This document shows, one piece after another, positions 11,344 to 26,300 of a stretch of 64,000 bases of DNA; the stretch's first letter is position 1, and each line of letters opens with the position of its first letter. The DNA is from Setoptus koraiensis. Lineage: Eukaryota; Animalia; Arthropoda. The position numbers and the translations under genes are program-made. Location: contig CM106586.1 of NCBI GenBank assembly GCA_048013815.1, positions 23,374,001 through 23,438,000 of the forward strand. The letters run 5' to 3'. The notes under the pieces are model-generated. The model was not told where the DNA came from, did no database searches, and saw only the letters and a list, made by a program, of their open reading frames with translations.

Positions 11344-14300
11344 GGGTTTTGTTTTTTTTTTTGTTTTTTTTTGTAGAGGAGGGTGTAATAGGAGGGGTAG
11401 AGTAGATAGATAGAGATTATTAGTATTATTTTGGTTTTTTGTTGGTGGATTGTGAGTTTATGGGTGATTAATGTGAGGGGGGGGGGGGGGGGAGGGCTGG
11501 GGCGGGGGGGAGGGGGGGAGGGGGGGGCGGGCGGGGGGGCGGGGTGAGTGGGGGGGGGGGGCGTAGAGAGGGTGATTAGTCTTAGTATTGAGTGGTATGG
11601 GGGGTGATGAATGGAGAGGGGGGGGGGTATGGGGGGGGGTATGAGGGTGGGATGTTGGAGAGTTTGTTTGGTGGGGGTCTGGGTATACGGGTGGGGATTG
11701 TATTAATGTGTGGGGAGGGTTGGGTTTTGGGGGGGGGGGATTGTTTGAGCGAATGGGTGTTGGTGGGTTATTAGTTGGATGGTATGGGGTTGGTTGTGTG
11801 GTGTGGGGAGGGGGGGTGTTAGGTGGGGGGGGATATTTAATGGTAGGAGGAGAGGGGTTTTTTGGGGTGGGGTTGTGTGTTGTTAGTTGGAGTATTTTAT
11901 TAGAGATGTGGTTAAAATTGTCAGTTTTTTAAACACTCCGACTACTTTTTTCGGGTTCTATTCCTATAAAGTAAACGCCATTTACTTGACTTAAAGTTTT
12001 TATCCCCTTCCTACTCATAGTAGCTATTGATCTCACGCTTTGCGTCAGTTTTTAGCCTTTATACTATACACATTTATTGTTCATTAATACATGCTAATCT
12101 TTTATCAATCACATAATAAGTAATTTAATAATTTAGAAGGGGATTTTCCGGTCAAACACTTTCACTTTATTTTACAGATTACTCTAGTACCACTATTTCA
12201 TTGCTTCCTATACGATACAAACAATTTCTTCTCCGTACCCCCTTATCCTGTAGTCGATTTTGTGTGTTGGTTTTCTTTATCTATATGCCTCCCATTCCCC
12301 GACAGCTTCCCTTCCTGAGTCTCATATGCACAGATTCTTTTTTGTTTTCCCCATCATTCAAAATTGAAGATATTATATGTATCGACTATATATAGACTTA
12401 CCAGGCTAAGGAAAATTGGGCTCTGTGTGATCTTTACTATCCACAATTTCGCTCTATACCTAATTCTTGTCTTCCCATTTTTCCTTACGCGCATGCCGTT
12501 TCTTATTAGAACCCCAGCATAGTTAAAGATGAAGAGGGGAAGAAAAAAAAATAGTGAAGCATTAAATTTTTTCATTAAACAAATATATATTGGGTTAATT
12601 TAGATTTAATATGCTCTACATCAAATTTCTTGTATTTTAGAGGTCATAGGGGTATGAAGGGTTGTTAGTTGATATAAATTATAAATATACACATTTTGCT
12701 CTGTTTTATCCTCAGAAGTTCTTTTTCTCTTAAGCTCTCTCTGATCCTGATTGATACTATTTGTTCATTAGATTACACCAAGAAATGAAGAATTATGATT
12801 GGTAAAGGTTATAAAAACAATTAATGGAGACAAATTAAAAATTATATGGCATAATAGAACTATTCAAAGTTTAAGATTCATTGATCGTCTTTTATACAAT
12901 ATACGTTTTGTATAAGAAATCGGGAGAACTTAGTAGGTGACTATTATGAATCCATCAAAGAATCAAAATATAATGGATTCCAAACTTTTCAAATCAGTAA
13001 TGGTAATATAGAGCAATGATGGGGGGGGGTTAATTATTACCACAATTTGAGTAAAGTTAAAATAAATACTTAATTATCGTTGTGATAATCTTTTCTGTAT
13101 AATTATATAAGACAGATCACTATAATAAAATAAAAAAAATGTTAATAGATAGAGTCACTTATGTATTGAGGAAATAGGAAATAGAATTAAATTTCATAAA
13201 GAGTCTGAAGTGTCTGTGAAACATAGTTGGAACATAATAGTAAATGTAGATTAATTAATTTAAAATTAAAAAATAACAATGGGTATTAGTTAAATTAATA
13301 ATGAAACCGATTAATTCCATATATTGAAATTTGATAGTGAAAAGAAATTCAAAATTTATTGTTTGGGGATAAAATGATAAACGTTGGGAGTAGTAAAAAA
13401 GATAAAATTTGGGAAGAATAATTTCTATTAAAAAGCATTAAAAGTACTGAAAATAAAAAAACAATCAAAACATATCTATTAGATGAATGTGTGCATTAAA
13501 AAAATGAAAGATTATAATCAAGATTCAACTAGTTTAATGAAAATTGTTAAAGTTATGGGATTCATGGAATTTCAGTAATAAATATGCGTAAAGTCAGATA
13601 GGGCTATTTAGGTCTATGAGATCTGATCGTTGCATTTAAAAGAAATTGTGTAGAGCATGAGATTGAATTGATTAGAATTGAAACGTGTTTATTGTTCCGT
13701 TTATTAATTCGTTTTTATAAGTTCTAAATTTTCATGAAAATAATTTTTAATAGTGTTTTGTTAATTGTAAAAATAAAAATGGATGTATACATGACATTTT
13801 AGAATTATAATCCGCATATAATTGTATTATGTATAATGGAATTATTAACTCCTCAGCGTCGAATACGACTATTTAACTGCCGTTTGGTTCCTTTAGTTTT
13901 TTAGCCGTAGGACATAGTAATAACGAGGCTTTACTACATTATATGTCAGACATATGAGAAAACAAGAGAATTATTGTTCAAATTAATTTTAATATATTAT
14001 AAATTTACAACAATTTTGGATTTGAGGTTGAGAAGGATTTGGATTAATTGGTATTTGTTATTACCAAGGGATCAGGAAATTAAACGAAGAGGTTAAGAAT
14101 ATGTGTTTTATTTGACAATGTAATTACATAATCATTCAAAAGATCAAAAGTTTAGATAGGATAGAATATAGTGATAAGCAAAATTATATAAAATTAATTA
14201 TAGAAGGTTTCTAGGGTTTAAACGGTAATAATAATTCTACTAAAAAGTTAAATATTCCAAGTTTATTGTAATTGAATAGAAGTAGTATACCAGATACATA

Positions 14301-17300
14301 ATAAATGCTATTATTTAGGTGTATTCCGTTCGTCATTGTATTGTAATGGAATATTGTATAGCAACATTTAAAATTATGGTTATAGCTATAAGGTTTATTG
14401 TATCAAAAATTGTTATATTTATTTTGAAGCACGAATTTTTACTTTCCTGTATGCTACTTTTCCTGTGGTAGTGCTGCTTCGGTCCTCTTAAGAACGTTGA
14501 CACCCTACTATAACTAACCCCCCCCCCTAATATTCCCTCCATACTCCTTAGTTCCGCATTCGGCCTTTTCGACTCTATTCACTTTTCTGTAATGAATAGT
14601 GTTTGGTTTGCACTTAGTCCTTCCGTTTATATTTCATATATCTTTTATTATGCCTTTTGTGGTTACTTCTTTTTACGTGTTCTAATATTCCGAACCCCAT
14701 ATTTTGCTGAATCTAGTGAATCGTATTATGTTAGCCGCTATTAGAAATTCTTCCATTTCATCTGATACTACATTGAGTTGGTTAGGATATATTGATGAAG
14801 ACAAGAGCATTATCAACGATTTCTGGGGGGTGGGTGTCAAGTGTAGTGCCAACATGAAATTAAAATGATAAACAGTTACATGGAACCCCCTCTTATTTGT
14901 GTCTAGTCCACTTAATTTCCATTTTCTGCTGAAATGTCAGGTCGGGTTTATTAGCGGTCGGGAATTAGGGGGGGGGTAACTCCTGATTTCTCAATTCATT
15001 GTGCTTATCAATATCAGCGTAGTATTTCCCACGTCTTCGTTTTAGCTTTTTCTTGGTTGTTAGGGATTGTATGGATGTGGATTCATGGGCTTTAAGGGCT
15101 CATACTTTTATTCTCGTTGAATTTAACAAGTTGGTGTCGGCGTTCTTCCTTACCTCGAACCTCAGTGAACTCCGTTGTCTCGTGCCTTGGGCTTTTAAGG
15201 GGGATTTATTGTATAATAAAATAATTATCAATCCTTGCCCCTGCGTCTTATTTGATCATTCTCCCGTTTCGTCACACTTTTTGGTCTCAATCACTCTTCG
15301 TCTGCCCTTTCATTATATGTTATTCTTTTCTCGGGGTCTTTGAGCCGCCAATTATCATCCTGTCTTAGTCTATCAGGCCATTTTCGTTTTGTGGTACGTG
15401 AGTTGTTCTCGGCCGTAACATGTTTTTTTTAACTCCTACCAAGGAGATGTCCAATAACATCTTAGTCTACCGCCTGTTTTTGATCTCAGATCGCTTAATT
15501 TCACTATGTTAATTCTTTCTTTTGGGGATTCCATCAACCAAATTTATTCTTAATCTGTTTTTTTTTCGTCACTCTTTTTTTTCGAATTGACTCTGCGGGT
15601 CCTGTAAACATCTTAGTTTTAGTTTTGCGTATTACTTTGGTCTACGCGTTGTGTGAAGTTTTCATCTCCCAGTGTAGTTCATTTTTCCTGGTAGGCCACA
15701 CGTTTTTCCTCAATACGGTTTCTCCCTTACTTTTTTCATTTTTTACATCGGAACCTAATTATTTTCCTTTAAAAATAGAAATTGTAATTAATAAAATTGA
15801 ATTCATCAATGAGATAATTATTCAAATCTAATCTTAAAAATCATCGTTAAATCAAAATTAGTTCGTGAAGGAGTGGTATATTATTTGTGCATAAATAAAT
15901 CAATCTTTTATTTTGAATGAGTAACGATGCATCATGTATTACTTTAAAATAACTAGAGTCTATGCTTATGGTATAAATGGCTAGAAGTGTAAAATGAATT
16001 TATGTAGAAAGTGCGATGTTTTAAAGATAGTATTTATGTGAAAAAATTCGTTATAGAGTAGTTTAACGCAGTTAATATGCGTTATATTTAAAAGCTATGG
16101 GAGTTATGCGAATACAAATTGAAAATTAAATGTTTGAGGGAGAATACATTAGGATAAATACATTAAATTGATTAATGTATGTTTAAATAAAATTCTAAAA
16201 AATTGTAAATAAAGTTGTTTTTAAGCAAGACATGGTTAGACTATCATGATATGATAAAGGGGTGTTGTGTTTTATCTGTGTTTATGGCGGTTTGAAATTA
16301 GAATATAAGTAATGATATATTAAGGTAGAAACAAATAGTAGATATGATGGTTAAGGTAAGATACACGATAAAATTTTCATTTGAGGATAATAAGAAGATT
16401 AATATGGTATAGAGATTCTTCGCAAAATACGTGTGCGACTAGAATGGAGATGTTAGAAATTTCAAGTTAAAGGTTGATTGGACTTGGGTTTAAAATTCAT
16501 CGCATACAAAATAGATCTTTTAGCATGGTAGGTGAAGTGTATAGAATTACATAAGTGTCATCGGAGTCTAAGTGTTAATAGAATAAATTCTGATTGAATT
16601 TATAATATAGTTACTCTTTATGATAGGAGCTTAGTATAATTTGAGGTAATATTTTTTTTATCAAGATTATATTTGTTTATTCTTTTGAGTGCTGTATGAA
16701 TTAAATTAGAACAAATACATCCATTATATAAGAAAAGAATATTTATTAATGCAAAATTGAGGATGTATAAATATTTAAATTAATAAATGATGATTGGAAT
16801 GGTAATTCTTAACTTTAACTTATATCATAAAATTAAACTTTTATAGCTATAAAATCATCAATTAAAATAATCACCAGTAAGTAATTTGAAGATGAAATCA
16901 CTAATGTTTTAAAGTTTATGATTGTTCTTACATGATCAAGTGGTTTACATATATTATAATAATCTTTACTGGTATTTTATAATTTTGGATGTTAATTAAT
17001 ATTGATTGGAATTATTAAATTATGTTTATATTTATTAGCCTTTTTGATAAACTTTCATATATATTTATAAGTTATAATTCAAGATTATATTAAATTGCGG
17101 TCAATCGTACTTATTAAGTATTAATTCTTCAGAATCTATATAGACATCTATGTTTATTATGTGATTAAAATTAATATGTCTTGTCCCCCTTGAGCTCCTA
17201 CTTTTTATTTGATGTTTAATTTCTCACGCCCCATTTCCCTAAATCCACTTCCATTCCTAATATGAGAGGGAGACAAGAGTAAGTATTTACGAATTAATGC

Positions 17301-20300
17301 ACAAGTACTATTTATGATGGCAATAGAAGAGGGTTAAATACATAAAAAAGAAACTTCTATAATAAAATAATTAAATAATTAAATGAAAAAATCACTGAAG
17401 TATACCCATTAATGGGTTGAATATTCTAATGGCATTACGATATATTTTAATTAGATATTTGAAGAGGAGTTTATGGCAAGTGCTTATTTTATATAAATTT
17501 AGAGATTGATTACATGGGGGGTACTATTTTTCTGGACTTCCTTTTAGTGGTTCTTCAAAATTTTTATTACACGTGCCCTAAGATAGATGAATAAGTACGT
17601 CCTTCTTTTTTTTTTTTCTCTTATTTTTTTCCTTAAACTTCTTTTCTTTTTTTCTGAAATATCACCGTTGTGATTCCCCTCTTATTACTTGCTTTAAGGA
17701 ATCGAAACCATATAATTAGGAAGAAGTCTTAGGTTGGGGGTTATTCTAATACTTTTGTGTATTAAGACATAACATTTAATAATTCTACAAAATTGTATAA
17801 ATAGGTAATTTTTAACTGATGTAAGTTCATGGATTTGACGGGAAATCAGACAACGGTTTAAAAATGACTAGTTACAATGGTAAATCCAACTCAACAAAAT
17901 TAAATTTCAATAGTATAATGAAGAATCAAATTAAATAGAAATTGGCATGAATAATTAGCAATTCATCATTTATGAGCGTTTATTTGATATATTCTTCACT
18001 AAATTTTTAATAATTATTAGATCATTGAAAACACTATGTATAAACTAGCAATGACTAAGAAAACATAGCATCATAAAAAATATCATTAGACAATATAATG
18101 TTTTCATGTTAATTTTGAATGACTATGAATTATCAAATTTAGATGGATAATACAATATGAAGTAACATTATCAGGGTGAAAATTATATACCCGAATTCCG
18201 CCCTTCGAACAAATGAATAAAGATCTTAATCATATTTTATGTGATCTGGATTAATAGAAAAGTGAATGGATTCGAAAATAATCATAAAGTTATTTTGGTA
18301 ATGTAGTTTATATAATAAAAAACTATATTTTTTGATAAAAATAACACTTGGTCAAATTTATTATGTCGTAATTATTATTATATATGGATATCATAAAGAA
18401 AATATATTTTATTTAGATTATTTATAAAAATGATTAATAATTGTTGGGCTAATTGATAAATCGGGTGATCCTTTTTTTTTTAAATAAAATTAAATAACAA
18501 ATGTTGATAGAAAAATGAGTTTTTATTTAATTAGAAATTGTCTAAACTATATGGTGAATTAAGCTTTGAAGATTACTCGATTGACGCATCTTCTTTCTTC
18601 CATAAAACCTCAAATTGATACAAACGACGATTCCGAAAACGAAAAATGTCGTAAAAATAGCCGAATAAAAAAATACAAAAAAAATGCAAAAAAAATACAA
18701 AAAGATATTTTAGTAAGTATTGAAGACAATAAATAATATAGTTCTTTACAAACATCAAAAAATAACAAGCAACAAAACAAAAAACATAAAAGTATATTGT
18801 TGTGTTTAAACGATCTTTAAATAAGCAGGGGTATAGAACACTATAACAAATGTTATGGAATGAGAGGTTCTTGTACGAAATAAAAAATTAAACATTTTTA
18901 GAAGAAAATCTAGATATCAAAAATAACAAAAAAAATCACTGATTCATGGTTTATTTTTTATCTAGGGTACATATGTGTATTTTAAAAAATATAGTTAATT
19001 AAGGGTAATTTTTTAATAATTTTAATAAATAAATTTGTTGACTAAAAAAATAAATAAGGAAATATTGTAAAAAAAATAAAAATACATTAAAAAAAATACA
19101 AAACCTCTCCCCCCCCCCTAAAATAATCCAAATTATGACTATTAACGATGTGAGTAATTAAATAAGCACACAAACAGAAAAAAAAAAGTAAATCAAAAAA
19201 AACAAAAATAAAAATAAAAACAAACTAAAAAAATTCAGGTACATATAAAAAAAAAAAAAACAAAAACAATTTTGCCAAAATCAATCAAAATTTGAAACTA
19301 AATGAAAGAAAATCAAGTATTAATAGTGGTAGTGGTAATACAAATATCTCAATAAGTTAAACATAAACGAAAAAAGTGAAATAATAAAAAACACTTCCAC
19401 AAAGTTAAGATGATTTGGTACGATAAAAAATAGAACTGAGACGAAAATATTTTTGCTGAATCAAAATGAACAAATTTCAAACATTATAAAGATTCAAATA
19501 AAATAACAAAACATTATAAATCTTAAAAAAATTTAAAAAAAAAATAACAGTATTATTTATGAGGTGAGTACAGGAATAACGAAAACTTCAAAATCCTCAA
19601 AATAAAACATTTAATAAGAAATGCGTAAGAGTAAGATCTAAATAAATCATAATGAAAAATGATTGATGATATATATAGGAATATAAAAAGAATAAAATTT
19701 TAGAATATAAATTGCCGTTTTTTCATATTAATTTTAATGTTATTTCGGTGTTGTTTTATTCTCTAATTTAGTCTATTGATTGAGGTTTCTACTGTTCGTC
19801 TTCTAAGCTTTCTTTAATTTTTTAAATAGTAATACTAGTTTTTCTTCCTTCTTATAATAAGTTTGATTTCTATAAGAAGCTATGTAATAACAAGTAATAG
19901 ATTCAAATAAATAATCAATAATAGGAAACTATTAAATTAAACTATAATGAAAATTAGCTGTAGAGAAAAAATTTGTTTAACAGGTAAATTATAATAAGTC
20001 GGTCAGGGTTTTTAATAAAAAAATAATCAAAATAAAAAAAGGCAAAATTAAAAATGAAATCATCAGGGGTTGTAGAAATAAGGAAGATTGTAATAAATCA
20101 GAAAATTTATTACGGAGAAAATTAAATTAAGATTAGTAAAATTTAATTACAAGAACAATTCTAAATTTATCATTAAATATTAGTAAAGTATTTTTGACAT
20201 CAAACAAAATATAGATATTTTTATAATGTTTTACATATCAGGATGTTGATTTAAAGCAGGATTGGAGCTTATTGTATAACAGTATTATCCCAATACTTAA

Positions 20301-23300
20301 AAAAGAGTTCGCGATGTTTGATGAAAATATAAATTTACTAATGTGTTTTAAGAAGTTTTCTGATTAAATTTCTTTATTTAATATCCAATAAAGCCAAATT
20401 TATTCAAACAAAAAATTAACATTAAAAAGACGATAAGAGTCAAGCAATATATAAGAATAAAAATTTTTTTTTTTATTAAATAATTGAAATAAGTGTTAAA
20501 GTTATAATTATTGTAATATGACAACAAGTAATGCATAGAAAAATTAATAATGCAAACAAATTGAGTAAATAAAGATCTAATATTATGGTACAGAAAAACA
20601 ATTATAAAAAACAGTTGAAGGTAGATTTAGAAGGGAACTTAGAATGGAACTGGATATACATGGTTTAGCTTACGGATAAAAAAAAAACAAACTTAAAATG
20701 TATAAAAGAAATTGAATAACGTATAAACCAATAAGTTAATCAAACTTCAAAACGGAAAAAAATATAATGCTAAATATAATGACAAGTTTTATGTGAATTT
20801 AAAATATAGTCATCATATATGGAACTAAAAGTGGCTAATTTATGCGAAATAAGAATTATATCACAAAATATTAAATATTAAAAATGCAAAGTGCATTACT
20901 TTTTTGTTGGAGAGGGTTATAACACAATAATATCATAAAATTTAATAAAAAACGTTTTTGGAGTAATTTAAATATTATAATTTGGGCCAAAAAATTTGCA
21001 ACTATTAGTGTCTATTTGAGCAATGTAAAGATTGCTAGATAAGTTGACTTTTTTAATTAATATATTATAGTGCGGTATATCTTTAGGTTTAAAGAGGTAC
21101 AGAAGCAAGATTATGATATAATAGAATGAATAGAAATTATAAAGGAATGACATTTCTCAGTTTATTCATAACTTCAAAAAAAAACACATATTAAATCATA
21201 AATAAAAAGATGAGTTTATATTTGTCGATGTGGGGGTGAGGGCGGGGGAAGAGTAATTGTGTGAGAGTGGAAATTTCGGGGTTAGAGACATTACAATTGT
21301 TACGTTGCAGATGCGTTAATGAGTGCTAGATAGTTGGTGGGAAATGACGGTGATTAATATGGAGTATATTTTTTTTTTTTTTTTTTTGTTTTTTTTTATT
21401 GGTTTTTTTTTGGTGTTTTATTTTTGTATAATTCGTATTAGACTTTATATAAGTTGGTCGAAAAGTTTTTTATTTAAATATTATATTATTTATATAATGA
21501 ATTATTTTTCTTTGTCTTTTATTACTATATATTGTTGTTTTAGCTATAATAGTTAGGTTGTATATTTTTTTTATATTTATTATAAATTTTATTAAGTTAA
21601 GAATTTATAAATATATTAGTTAGAATGTTTTTTTCGGTTAGTTATATTTGAGAATGATAAAGAATAATTGTTTTAAAATTTTTTTGTATATTTTTATGAT
21701 TGTAATTTTTATATTGGTATTATTTTGTTTAGGTAGATAAAATATTTTGGTATATAAAAATTATTCTATTTTTTGAGAAATTGCTTATGTATTGGGTAAT
21801 ATGGGGGTTATTTTACTATTCTATAATATTATGTATTAATTTTTTTTTGTTTTTTTTCTTGATTTTTTATGTAGTTTTATTTTAATTACTTATATTAATT
21901 TTGTCGTATTTTTATCTTTTTAAATGGTTTTCCCATTCTCAATATTACCGTATAACTCCGCACATATAGTTAACACATATAACATTAATAATAACATAGA
22001 GATTTAAAAGTTTATTCATGAATGTGTTTTATATGTTCTTGTTTTTGTTACAAACAATACACAATAGAATTCTATAAACTTAGGGTAATTAAGTGATTAA
22101 TTTTTGATAGTTTTATAATAGTCGTTAGAAAGAAAACTATGATTAGATTAAACTTCAATAGGTTGGGAAGAGATCAGAACGAGTTCTAAAAAAATACTAA
22201 ACTAAGGTTCTTAAGGAATCTCAATATTCAAAAAAAATATTCGATAAGTTTATTAAGCAGAATTGTAAAAAATTATTCTAAAAGTTGATCTTAGGAAGGG
22301 CTAAGGGGGATAAGACTTCACAAATAAAAATTGCTTCATATATTTATAATAAAAAAACCAATAATAGGTAAAAGTGTAGGGGCACAAGAATAACTTTGAA
22401 TAAAATAGATTTTTTTTGGTTTTTTGTTTTTTTTTTTTGGGTTTTTTTTTTTTTGGTTTGTATTTCATGATTAAAACTAATAAGCAAACATGTATAGTCA
22501 ATTGTACATTTTGCAAATAAAATCTATAGAAATAAGAAATACAATATAGGAAAATAGTTATAGGCGAGAAACTAAAAAATAGATGAGTTAACTTAAGAAA
22601 CTAGTAGTATATCATTAAAAATGGGTATATGGTAGAGTAAGTAACAGTATAAGTGAATAAATTATTTATTCAGCATAAAATTATGTATATTAATTTTCCG
22701 ACTATAAAAATAAAGTTCAAATAAGTGCCTGAAATAAATAGCTAGGGCGAAAGTATTTATTAAAAAATATTAAGAAAAACAATATGCGAAATTCCAAATA
22801 TGGTAAATTTCTGGTAATGTGAATAGAAAGATATAAATACATAGTATAAAAAAACTAATCTTAATGTAATAATAAAACTTTACTAAATTTTAAAAATCTA
22901 TCAAAATTTGTAAATAAAGAACAAAAATAAAGTGGTATGAGTAATTAAAGGTATGAAATAGTTTATTACAAGTAATTAATAGTACTAAAAAATAATAATA
23001 AAACTTAGAAAATGAAAATTCATAACTAAAAAAATATAGAAAAAAAGTTAAAAAAGATAAATACAGATTAGATACTATAAATATTGCAAATTCATTAAGT
23101 TGGTGATATCAATAAAAAAATTCCAAAATAAGGAGGATCTATAGCAAATGAGATTTCATAATTAACGGTTGAGTTTTTATAGCTGGAAAGACTTTTGTTT
23201 CGGTGTTTAAAAGAAAATAAGTAAGATCATGCAATAAAATTATGTGTTATATATAACAAAAAATAAAAAAAAAATAAAAAAAAAAAATAAAAAAAATGCA

Positions 23301-26300
23301 TTATGGGATAATTTCAAATAGGACAAAATAGAAGAAAAATAGGGACTGCCAAGATAGGAAAAATCACAGATTGTTAAAATAAATAATGTGTTGTATTAAT
23401 ATTGAAATTTGGTGTTAGACAGAATTGATAAATTATCATATACATAATATAATGTTTAGTGTGAGACGATGTAAATGAACAATATTTAAACAATCAAATA
23501 ATACAAAAAATTCATCCTATAAAAGGTTCTAATGGAAGATGAATCAAATAAGTATCAAAGTTTTTTGGTTTATCGAGTGATATATAAATTAGATATAACG
23601 AAATGATTGATTTAAAAGTTAAATTTAGCTTTAGAAATTGACGGAATACATGTATTTCGGTTTCCTTTAAACACACGTGTGTGAAATATTCAGCTTATTT
23701 GCATTAAAATTTTTATATTCCTAAATTAAATACATGAGATATATAAAATGAACATATATTAAGACAAAGATGACGACTTACATCGTATTAAGTAAATTTA
23801 TTGGGTGTGGATAAGTATATAAAATTGTAGTCTTAAATTATTAAAAACAAACACATTCATTCACTGAATAGGTGGAACATATTTTTGTAAAGACGGTTAA
23901 TTGCTCTTATCGGGCTTTATCACGAATAACTAAAAGTGAATATAAATTTCTTGAACGCTACTGTTAGAATTATATAATAAAAAATATTGAACCAGGCTTT
24001 TGCGTATATCAAAACATACGATATCGATATTTAAAGCGCGTTTATTCATATTTGTATGCATATAGTAACCTGGTATAGGGTAGTAAAAAATGTGGACAGA
24101 AGTTAAGAATTATTGACACAAAAGAAAAAAACAAAAATTTAATGTGCTCAGAAAAATAATATATTATGATATAAAATGATTAGAAGTTCTAAAAAACAAA
24201 ACATTACAATTAAGAGTAGTTTGAAGAAAAATAGATTTGGATACGAATTAAGATTATAATGTAGAACAATATTATAAAAAACCGATTAAATCAGGTTCAT
24301 CAACATTTGTTCAAGAATCAATTACATAGTTAAAAACATAAATATAACTTGAAGGGTCGTAAATTATCATTAGAAGTGGTAAAGTAATGAATAAAATAAA
24401 ACAAGATACAATATAATGTGAAAAGTGGACGAGAAAATATACATTTTGTTATTAGTTTATTTAGTTTTGGACTATAAATTCTAGAGGATTTTTAAGAAGA
24501 CATGACAGTAAATTATAATATAGTTAACAATAACAAATATACATAACATATAATTTTCACTCTGATAAATAATAATTTAAAATAGTTGGAAAGACAATTA
24601 AATAAAAAAAAATATGTCTTATTAAAACTTCGCCAGATTAGGAATGAAAAAAAAAATTTTATTATTTTTCGTTTAATTAGGCCCATTCTAATTAATTTAT
24701 ACATCTATAAAGGATATAACCTCTAAAATACTAAAGTTTTTTGTCATAAAATAGAACTATGGGTATTTTAATGATATGTAATACTTAATAGAGATATTGT
24801 CATAAATCACACAAGAGATTTAAACAGAACGTCTAACAATATGTCATCGAAGATTATACATGAACGTAATTATTGTAGAAATAATAGCGAAATAAAAGAA
24901 TAGAGAACTATGGATGGATTTCTATACTCGGGGTGTTGACTAAATGACTTGAGGAATCAAATTAAAATAGAATGATGTGCCAACAAAATAGAGCTAATTA
25001 AAAAAAAATGTATAATGAAAGCCAAATGTAAAATAAAGTAAAATATTACTAGAGTGTACCAGTTGTAAATAAAAAAATAACCTATTTTTTTTACTTCAAG
25101 GGGTATATTTATTCATCACACATCTATCTAATAAATTAAAATAACTTTAAAAGTTCTCAAACACACATTAGTTAAGAAAAAATAAAAATAACTAGTATCT
25201 GTTTATATTTAATAATTCGGACCAAAAATAAGGACAGTAATAACATTTACTAGATTATCTTGTGTACTCATGTCATGTTGGTGGTTAGAATGTTCTAAAA
25301 GATAAATATACAAAGATAATCATGCTATATACATTAATTGGAGGGCAAAAAAAAAAATGTTTTAATGTGAATTGAGTGATAAAATATGATGCACCTAAAA
25401 GATATGACAAAAAAAAAATGGATTATGAGGATAAGAAGTCAATACGAGTCAAGAGTTTAATTTCATAGAAGCTCTAACAATATAGTAGAAAAGTATAGAC
25501 TAATAATTACAAAAATGCAATTCGTTGTTCATAAGAGTTAAGGGTGATAATTATCAAAAAAAAAAATGTAAAATAAAAATAATCAGATGTCGCCTTAAAA
25601 TGATGTATATTGTGACTACTCGTTAAAAATTTAAAAGATAGATGTGAATCTTCGGCTGTTATTCAGAATAAATGGCTAGTAATTTATAAAATTTAGAAAC
25701 AGTGTAGAAGTAGGTCCTAAGGTAGAACTAAGAAACATCATAAAATTTAATAGTACGTGAGATATTAAAAATAAAATGAAATTTTGTTTTGTGCGATGTC
25801 ATGACATGAAGAGATCAAATCAAATCGTGGGATACATGTCATAGTTATCGAATAGAAAAATATTGGGGTGATCAATATAAAATTAATAACCCTTATTAAC
25901 AGAACACGTACATATACTAAAATCTTGTAAATGAATGTAAATGGCCTATGAAAAATAAATTTAAAGGACTTTAATAAAAGAAGTCTTTCAAATAGGAATA
26001 CAAATTCTTGAAAAAAAAATAATTTAAAAGCGGTAGTATGAGTCACTTATTAATTGAGAGGTCTATTTAAAGTTGGCATTGCTCTAGTCATTAGAAATGG
26101 GATACAAAATATCATTTTGAAGTATGGTTATATATATAATTATAATGCGACGTACAAAGGGGTGAAACAATTTTAAGTAAAAATCACAAAAAAAAATAGC
26201 GTCAATTTTGTTAGTTATGGATCAAAAAAATTTGTTTTAGTGCAATTATTAAATTCATACTAGGACGAATTATTTAAACTCTAAAATCAAATGATGCTAT